A stretch of 18,801 nucleotides of DNA from an uncultured bacterium (lineage in GTDB: Bacteria; Oederibacteriota; PGYV01; CAWJRG01). This document shows positions 9,073-16,028 of the stretch, piece after piece (the stretch's first letter is position 1; every line of letters begins with the position of its first letter). Location: assembly GCA_963845185.1 (NCBI GenBank), contig CAWJRG010000007.1:1-18801 (forward strand), given 5' to 3'. The position numbers and the translations under genes were made by a program. The notes below the pieces were generated by a model, which worked only from the letters and a program-made list of their open reading frames with translations, searched no databases and had not been told where the DNA came from.

Positions 9073-10020
9073 TTAATATTCCAGTTCTTTTACAAGGTCA
9101 GTGCCGATAAAGACCTGTACAAGCGCCTCGCCGAGAATTGATTCCTTGAGGTCTACAACCTCGTTCGGACTGGTAACATTGTTGTAAACAACCCTATTGC
9201 CTCCAAGGTCAAACAGATTTATTTTTACAAGCTTGGACACGTCGTAGCCTTCCAACTTATATGTTATTTTTATAAGTTTGTTCTTGAGCTTCGGATCTGA
9301 TGATTTTTTGTTTATTGTAAAAACGATCGGCGTGTCTTTGTTTACCATGTTGCCAGCTCCTGGTGACTGGTCCACGATGATGCCTGAGTCCAGGGTTTCG
9401 TTTGTGTTGATTGTAAGCCCGGTGACAAAAAGCTGGTTATCTTTAAGCGTCTTGAAAACGTCAAAAATATTCTGGTTTATGAAAGATGGCATTAAAAAGT
9501 TCGGCACTTCGGGAGGGCCGCTGCGCAGAAGGTCAACTTTTGTGCCTGTAGGGACGTTTTCTCCCTGAGCGGGGTACTGGGATATTACGGTATTTTCTTT
9601 ATAAATCCCGGATGTCACTATTGTTTCAAAACCCTCGTCGAGGTTTGATTGTTTTATGTTTAAGATGGCATTTTGCTTCAGCATGCCGATGATATTGGGA
9701 ACAGCAATCATTTTTGAGCCCATGCTGACGACAACATACACTGACCTGCCTTTTTTAATTTTTGATTTCGGCTTGATGTCCTGGGAGACAATACAGCCGC
9801 TTTCGTACAGGTTGGTGAAAATTTCGTTTTCTATTTTCAGGGTGAGTTTTAATTTATCCGCCACCTTTTTGGCGCTGTCAAAAGGGACACCTGTAAAATC
9901 AGGCATTGATATGGTGCTTATAGTAAAAATAAAGCGCATGACAAGCAAGGCTGTCAGGAAAAATACGACAATGCCTCCCAGCGTGACTTTAAATATAAAA
10001 CCGAATTTTTCTTTGTCCAT
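9073..10020 (-). CDS. Membrane-anchored PASTA-domain protein (three PASTA repeats, no kinase domain)
   Basis: N-terminal TM helix, then repeats MPDFTG..SQDIKP, VPNIIG..ISQYPAQG and MPSFIN..VDQSPGAG. AAGGA SD upstream. Confidence 0.88.
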   Translation of the reverse strand: MDKEKFGFIFKVTLGGIVVFFLTALLVMRFIFTISTISMPDFTGVPFDSAKKVADKLKLTLKIENEIFTNLYESGCIVSQDIKPKSKIKKGRSVYVVVSMGSKMIAVPNIIGMLKQNAILNIKQSNLDEGFETIVTSGIYKENTVISQYPAQGENVPTGTKVDLLRSGPPEVPNFLMPSFINQNIFDVFKTLKDNQLFVTGLTINTNETLDSGIIVDQSPGAGNMVNKDTPIVFTINKKSSDPKLKNKLIKITYKLEGYDVSKLVKINLFDLGGNRVVYNNVTSPNEVVDLKESILGEALVQVFIGTDLVKELEY

Positions 10021-10065
10021 TTTTATCCTTATTAAAAGTTTTTGGATTTTGTTACAACGGAAAAT

Positions 10066-10094
10066 ATTATATTGAAATACGCATGTTTTGGCAA
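10066..10094 (-). promoter_or_regulatory. Sigma70-type promoter for the PASTA-rpe-ffh operon
   Basis: Minus strand TTGCCA (10094-10089), 17-nt spacer, TATAAT (10071-10066), about 45 nt upstream of the start codon. Confidence 0.75.
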
Positions 10095-10413
10095 GTGAAA
10101 ACTGAAGTATTGAATATAACTCAAAAACTTAAAAAAGGAATGCTTAGATAAATAATGAAGGAGATTTTAAAAAGATGGAATTATGCATTTTAAACATTGC
10201 ATGCTTAATCATAGCAAATGCAGCAATAGATTAGATTAAACTGCAATGAAAATCATTAAGACGGGTAAAGGATAAAAAGAATAAGTTAACTATTTGAGTT
10301 AATAACATGATTAATGTGGACATATTGTTGATAAATAGCAAATATCTTAAAGTATGTTTATTTACTTGAAAATATCATATTTAATAGCACTTACAAAAAA
10401 ACCGAAAAATCTA

Positions 10414-10442
10414 TTGACAAAAAAGCTACAATTCGGTATAAT
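10414..10442 (+). promoter_or_regulatory. Perfect-consensus sigma70 promoter for the HTH gene and probably the giant surface-protein gene
   Basis: TTGACA (10414-10419), 17-nt spacer, TATAAT (10437-10442). Confidence 0.88.
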
Positions 10443-10534
10443 TGCTATACAAGGAATAGAAGCAACGAAAGTATATGTAATCATAGTCTAACAGAGTATA
10501 AGAGATTAAAAAATATTACAGGAGAACTATTCGC

Positions 10535-10753
10535 GTGAAAGAAGATTATCCTGATATTTTAACAGTGAAAGAAGTCGCAAAATATTTAAAAATGAAACCT
10601 GTGACTATTTATAAACTTTCAAAAGAAGGCAGGATACCTGCTTTCAGGGTGGCTTCATTCTGGAGATTTAAAAAAGAACTTATAGAGAAGTGGGTTACAG
10701 AAGAATCCAAAAAGAATTTTAGCAATGGCAATACATCCGGCGGAAATGCGTAA
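10535..10753 (+). CDS. Small excisionase-like/HTH_17 (MerR-superfamily) DNA-binding protein
   Basis: ILTVKEVAKYLKMKPVTIYKLSKEGRIPAFRVASFWRFKKELIEKW matches the Xis/HTH_17 pattern. GTG start with AGGAG SD at 10520-10524. Confidence 0.9.
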   Translation: MKEDYPDILTVKEVAKYLKMKPVTIYKLSKEGRIPAFRVASFWRFKKELIEKWVTEESKKNFSNGNTSGGNA

Positions 10754-10784
10754 TATGCAGACGCCGGATTTATTTTTTACGGGT

Positions 10785-10802
10785 TGGCCGTTTAAACGGC
10801 CA
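10785..10802. promoter_or_regulatory. Perfect 18-bp palindrome between the HTH gene and the giant gene (operator or RNA hairpin)
   Basis: TGGCCGTTTAAACGGCCA is its own reverse complement. No U-tract follows on the + strand. Confidence 0.5.
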
Positions 10803-10852
10803 GGGATGTTATGCGGGCTTAGCAACAAGTACTCCATAATTGTGGAGGAGAA

Positions 10853-12874
10853 ATGAAAAGAGCTTTCAGCATTAATAAGCCTGTAAAGAGAATAATAATA
10901 TGCCTTGCAATCCTCATGGCCGCAGGCCTGGCCATAAATAATAATATTAACGCTGCGGAATTTACTGTTACCGGTGACGTATGGGCAGCAAATGGAACTT
11001 CAGGCAGTGCTACATCAGAAAATAGTTTGGCAAGCTTGACTACGTTCAGGGTTGGAGACAACCAGGCAGCTTATCAAATTGAGGGGGAAAATTCTAACTG
11101 CCCCAATAAAATCTACGCAACGAGCGGTTCGGCAGTTGCTTATTATTATACGGATGCCGGATCGCAATGGACGAACCTATCGGTTCAAGCGGGTCAGACA
11201 ATAATAGCGATTGTCCAGACATACAGCGGCCAGTTCAGCAATTGTGTGTGGAGTGGAAATCCTTATGTCGGAGCTGTAGAGGCAATAGTAAGCCCCAGTG
11301 ATATTATCGCAACCTTGACAACCATGCCGCCCATTCAATTGCAGCAAATCCCTTCGCCGGCTTTGCAGTCAGCAAGCTATTTTAATTTATCACTGACATG
11401 GACAGGGCTTTCGATTGACCCAAATAATTTAATCGCAGGATACACGGTTTACAGAAGCGCGTCATTAGCAGGCACATACAGCCCGATTTCGTACACGGCA
11501 AATCAGGTGAAGGGCGGGCCTGTGTCTTTTACGGATTCGGGAGTTTCACCCGGGAACACGTACTATTATAAAATCGGGGTTAATTACGTATGGGATGGCG
11601 GCAGTAATACCATAAATTATTATACAAGTTATGCGCTGTCGAATCCATTGTCTGCTTCGACATTAAACGAAGACTTAACTGATTTAAAATATTCTCTTAA
11701 ATACGCGCCAACTAATATAACGGTGACAACGGGTGAGATTGTTACTTTAATTTCCCAGGTGAGCAATTACGGTTCTGAAAATGTAAATAACATAACTCCC
11801 TCACAGCCAGTCATAGTAGGTTCCCCTTTAAATGCGCTTGTTTTGCAAAGCGGTCCACAGCCGGCTACAATGTCATTGGGCTCCGGCGGAGGTATTGGCT
11901 ATTTTACATGGACATATTTGGCAAACGCGGGCGGCTCAATAACTTTTACCGGTAACGCCACGGGGATTGGAACCAGTTCAACTTTATACATTTCAAATAA
12001 TAGTTCTTCAAATCCAATAGCCGTGTTCACACGCGCCACTCTTAGCGCGCAGACAAGCGCAATGCCAAGCTCGGCTTCATTAGGCCAGACTATAACCGTT
12101 CTCATGACAGTCACGAACTCTGGCCAGGCAAATGCCGTCAACACATCAGGTAATATAACTGTAGTTGGAGTAACGGGCACGAATCCTTTAACTGCAGTGT
12201 CCCAGCTTTCTGCACCTCCGTCGACTACTATTTCAGGAGGAAACGGGGTAAATACATTTACATGGACTTATTCAGCTACAGGGGCAGGTACGGTTTATTT
12301 CAGCTGTTTTGCCTCGGGTACTGACCAGTACGCATTAAATGCAGTAACATCACTTCCTTCACCGAGCGCGAATATTATTATACAGATACCTGCAAGCCTG
12401 GCATCGACAATATATGTGCCGGCTACAACGAGCCAGGGGCAGGTATTTACAGTAATAATGAGCGTTACCAATTCTGGCCAGGCAGCGGCAAGCAATGTAA
12501 TACCGAATTTAACTGTTGTGCCGGCTACAAGCTTAACCCCGGTCAGCACGCCGGTGGCAAGTACAATAAACGGCAGTACATTACAGAATTTTACCTGGAC
12601 TTTCTCTGCATCAGGCCTTGGCAGTGTGAATTTCAGCGGGTTTGCTTCTGGCACAGACGCGAATTCGGGGTTTTCGATACATTCAAGCTCGACCAACACA
12701 TCCACAATAATCCAGTCGGGCAGCCACACTGGCAGCAGCGGCTTATGTAATGCCCGGGCAGGTATCAGTTGGCCAGCTTATAACAGTGATAATGAGGGTA
12801 ACAAACACTGGAGGAGCACTTGCGCAAAATGTTGCGCCGTTGCCGAGCTGGCCGGGTGTTTCAGTGCCAAATGA
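10853..12874 (+). CDS. Giant secreted repeat protein, segment 1 (signal peptide, FN3-like domain, first three repeats); true frame shifts at ~12718-12720
   Basis: GGAGG SD. Signal peptide MKRAFSINKPVKRIIICLAILMAAGLAINNNINA. FN3-like stretch LTWT..IAGYTVYRS..FTDSGVSPGNTYYYKI. The tail after IIQS is out-of-frame sequence. Confidence 0.8.
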   Translation: MKRAFSINKPVKRIIICLAILMAAGLAINNNINAAEFTVTGDVWAANGTSGSATSENSLASLTTFRVGDNQAAYQIEGENSNCPNKIYATSGSAVAYYYTDAGSQWTNLSVQAGQTIIAIVQTYSGQFSNCVWSGNPYVGAVEAIVSPSDIIATLTTMPPIQLQQIPSPALQSASYFNLSLTWTGLSIDPNNLIAGYTVYRSASLAGTYSPISYTANQVKGGPVSFTDSGVSPGNTYYYKIGVNYVWDGGSNTINYYTSYALSNPLSASTLNEDLTDLKYSLKYAPTNITVTTGEIVTLISQVSNYGSENVNNITPSQPVIVGSPLNALVLQSGPQPATMSLGSGGGIGYFTWTYLANAGGSITFTGNATGIGTSSTLYISNNSSSNPIAVFTRATLSAQTSAMPSSASLGQTITVLMTVTNSGQANAVNTSGNITVVGVTGTNPLTAVSQLSAPPSTTISGGNGVNTFTWTYSATGAGTVYFSCFASGTDQYALNAVTSLPSPSANIIIQIPASLASTIYVPATTSQGQVFTVIMSVTNSGQAAASNVIPNLTVVPATSLTPVSTPVASTINGSTLQNFTWTFSASGLGSVNFSGFASGTDANSGFSIHSSSTNTSTIIQSGSHTGSSGLCNARAGISWPAYNSDNEGNKHWRSTCAKCCAVAELAGCFSAK

Positions 12875-15800
12875 TGCCCAGGGATACGGCAGCCCTGTGC
12901 CTCTGAACCCGGTCAATATACCGGGAGGGGGCGTGCAGAATTATACGTGGACTTTCCAGGCAACTGCCACGGGAAGCGTCACTTTTACAATGAGCGCTTC
13001 CGGAACAGACGCGAACTCAAATTCAGCTATTACCTCAAATGTCGCAACAACATCGCCTCCTGTAAATATAGTATCGGCTACGTACTTGATTGCATCCATT
13101 TCAGATTCGCAGGCAGTTATTTCAACGGGCAATGTGCTGACAGTATGGCTCACGGTTACAAATACAGGACAGGCTGCGGCAAATAACGCGGCGCCGAACC
13201 CTGCTGTAATCACGGGAGCAGCCGGGTATACTCCGATAACAACTCCGGTTGCTTCAACCATACCCGGCGGCGGTTCAGTGACTTTCACATGGACATATTC
13301 AATGACAGGAGCAGGCTTATTTAATTTCCAGACATACGCGAAAGGCACGGATGCGAACTCCGGGGTTATTGTTAATTCTTCCCCGAGCAATAATATTATA
13401 GCCACGGTGCAGCAGGCAGCGGCACTTGCTTCTTCCATCAGCTTAAGCCCTGTTTTTGCAGGAGTAGGCTGGCAGGTAACCGTATATATGACAGTTACAA
13501 ACACGGGAGGCGCTGCAGCAAATAACGTCTCACCACAGCTTACGCCGGTATTATTAGGAGGAGGGAATGTGACGCTTACAACGCCGCCGTCTCCTTTTAC
13601 CGTGAGCATCGGGGCAGGGTTGTCGAATGTGTTTACATGGATATATTCGACAAATTCCACAGGCACGATTAATTTCTCGGGATATGCGTCAGGACAGGAC
13701 ATCAACAGCAACAATAATATAGCATCACCGTTCAATTATGCTTTATTATATATCCAGACGCCGGCAGCGCTTTCATCTGCAATATCCATAATCCCAGCTA
13801 CTTTATCTTCGGGGCAATTGTTTACAGTCATTATGACAGTTACAAACACAGGGCTCGCTGCTGCCAATGTCGTAACTCCGACAACTCTGACGAAGTACGG
13901 AAGCGGAGGTACATATCTCAATAGCGGGCCGCAGCCTTTAAGCACAAGCATACCTGGCGGTGCGACAGCATATTTCACGTGGACTTATATGGCCACAGGC
14001 CTGGGGTCAGTGGCTTTCTCCGGAGGCGCCCATGGCTGGGACAATTTGACCGGAGCCAATATAAATTCAATATGGACCATTTCCAACATGAGCATGATAG
14101 TGGCAGGCGCACAACTGGCATCGAGCATTACAGTCGCGCCGGCTTCGGTAAATTTAAACAACACAGTAACGGTTATAATGACCGTGTCAAACGGCGGAAC
14201 TGCAAGCTGCGTTAATGTCACGCCGGTTTTGATAAACGAAGGCTGGTCAGGCACCGGCGGGGTAGCTCTATTGTCAGGGCCGTCGCCTGCGTCCCAAGCA
14301 GTGCCGGGGCTGGGTATGTCGTATTTTACATGGACATATCAGAGCGTGGGAGTGGGCACGGTTATTTTCTCTGCCGAGGCGCAGGGAAATGACCAGAATA
14401 CAGGGAACCAGATAACTTCAAACTTTGCAAGTTCCAATACCCTTGCCATACAGACAAGGGCAATACTCACAGTAGCGGCTTCGGTGTTCCCGACAATAGT
14501 GGACACCGGCCAGAAGATTACTTTGATAATGACTGTCACCAACTCCGGACAGGGAAGCGCAAACAGTACAGTGGGTGTAGGCCCGGGTATGCAGGGTTCA
14601 GGGACTGTTTTGCTTTTCGGTTCGCCGCCGCCAGCGGTTACAATAACAGCCGGCTCAAGCGCGTATTTTACATGGATTTATACAGCTGAAACGCAGGGCA
14701 ATATAACTTTCACAATGAGCGCGCGGGGCATAGACAACAACTCGCAAACCGTGGTTACATCAAATGCAGACACGACAACCGCTGTTAATATCCAGAACGC
14801 TCCGAATTTAACCTGCAATATAACGGCAAACCCGCTGACAGTGGACCTGACATCCCAGCTTATCACGGTTGTTGTCAATATAAATAATTCAGGCGGGGCA
14901 ATGGTCAATAATGTTTTGCCGAATATAATTGTTATTGGCGGCAGCCCAACACCGGTATCGACACCGCAACCGGCAAACATTCCGGGGCAAAACAGCCAGT
15001 CATTTACTTATACATATATGCCCAGCGCTGCCGGGACACTGGTTTTTTCAGGCAACGCGTCAGGCACAGACGCAAACAATGGATCCACTGTTAATTCAAC
15101 CTATAATAATTCTTCAACCGTTACTGTCCAGACAACGGCGGCTTTAAGCGCGGCAATAACAGGCATACCTTCAATAATCGCATCAGGCCAGACTTTGACG
15201 CTTTACATGACTGTGACAAATGCAGGACAGGAAACAGCAAATAACACAATTCCGTTGCCTGTCGGCGTAAATTCCATATTCGGCGGCGCCTCGGCTACAA
15301 AACTCACAGGCCCGTTGCCTGCAAGTTATACGATACCGGGCAATTCCTCAGCGACTTTTACATGGACTTATCAAATGACAGGCGTCGGGACCGTCCAGTT
15401 CACAGGCAGCGCGCAGTGGGTTGACGCTGATTCAAGCGTTAACGCATCATCGCTTTCGGCAAGTTCCAATTTTATCAGCGTAATGACTCCTTCGCCGATA
15501 CTTGCCTCATCCATGTCGATCTCGAACAATGTCCTGTCAGTCAGTGAACAGATAACGGTAATAATGACAGTCACAAACAGTGGGGTATCGTCAGGCTGCA
15601 CGCACCCAAGCGCCATGAATATAATAGGAGGGGCAGAATCCCTGATCAGCGGGCCTTTACCGGCCTATGTAACAATAACCGCGCTTGGCGGGGTAGCGGA
15701 TTTCACATGGACTTATTCGGCGGCAAATGCAGGAGTCATACAATTCAGCGCGAGCGCCTATGCATATGAAGGAAACGGCTCCACGACAACCGCGGTTTCG

Positions 15801-16028
15801 CAGAACCTGACCATACAGACAGTTCCGGCCCTTTTAATATCGTTTACTGCTTTGCCTGTGTCTGTTGATGTAGGACAGGCGTTTACGGTAATAATGACGG
15901 TTTCAAATACGGGGCAGGCAACCGCAACCGGCATTGTGCCGGCACAGTACGGCAGTGACTGGCTTTTAAACCTGGCACCGGGACCGCATCACTGGTTTCA
16001 GGCCCATTGCCCGGTTCACAGGCAATAG
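12750..16028 (+). CDS. Giant secreted repeat protein, segment 2 (nine full repeats; the in-frame repeat sequence actually runs ~12720-15971)
   Basis: The repeat motif GQxxTVxMTVTNxG...FTWxY...GxxxFxxxAxGxDxN recurs every ~115 aa. The frame continues segment 1 if one G is removed from 12718-12720. Confidence 0.8.
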   Translation: MPGQVSVGQLITVIMRVTNTGGALAQNVAPLPSWPGVSVPNDAQGYGSPVPLNPVNIPGGGVQNYTWTFQATATGSVTFTMSASGTDANSNSAITSNVATTSPPVNIVSATYLIASISDSQAVISTGNVLTVWLTVTNTGQAAANNAAPNPAVITGAAGYTPITTPVASTIPGGGSVTFTWTYSMTGAGLFNFQTYAKGTDANSGVIVNSSPSNNIIATVQQAAALASSISLSPVFAGVGWQVTVYMTVTNTGGAAANNVSPQLTPVLLGGGNVTLTTPPSPFTVSIGAGLSNVFTWIYSTNSTGTINFSGYASGQDINSNNNIASPFNYALLYIQTPAALSSAISIIPATLSSGQLFTVIMTVTNTGLAAANVVTPTTLTKYGSGGTYLNSGPQPLSTSIPGGATAYFTWTYMATGLGSVAFSGGAHGWDNLTGANINSIWTISNMSMIVAGAQLASSITVAPASVNLNNTVTVIMTVSNGGTASCVNVTPVLINEGWSGTGGVALLSGPSPASQAVPGLGMSYFTWTYQSVGVGTVIFSAEAQGNDQNTGNQITSNFASSNTLAIQTRAILTVAASVFPTIVDTGQKITLIMTVTNSGQGSANSTVGVGPGMQGSGTVLLFGSPPPAVTITAGSSAYFTWIYTAETQGNITFTMSARGIDNNSQTVVTSNADTTTAVNIQNAPNLTCNITANPLTVDLTSQLITVVVNINNSGGAMVNNVLPNIIVIGGSPTPVSTPQPANIPGQNSQSFTYTYMPSAAGTLVFSGNASGTDANNGSTVNSTYNNSSTVTVQTTAALSAAITGIPSIIASGQTLTLYMTVTNAGQETANNTIPLPVGVNSIFGGASATKLTGPLPASYTIPGNSSATFTWTYQMTGVGTVQFTGSAQWVDADSSVNASSLSASSNFISVMTPSPILASSMSISNNVLSVSEQITVIMTVTNSGVSSGCTHPSAMNIIGGAESLISGPLPAYVTITALGGVADFTWTYSAANAGVIQFSASAYAYEGNGSTTTAVSQNLTIQTVPALLISFTALPVSVDVGQAFTVIMTVSNTGQATATGIVPAQYGSDWLLNLAPGPHHWFQAHCPVHRQ

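Noticed and set aside
10535..10753. Prophage or ICE excisionase marking an integrated element
   Set aside because: No integrase, att-like repeat, tRNA or phage genes in the window.
10785..10802. Intrinsic terminator
   Set aside because: No U-tract follows the stem on the + strand; kept only as a palindrome of unknown role.
12750..12752. Independent gene start for the 1092-aa ORF
   Set aside because: The ATG is mid-repeat, with no SD or signal peptide, and the frame continues upstream to the GGG indel.
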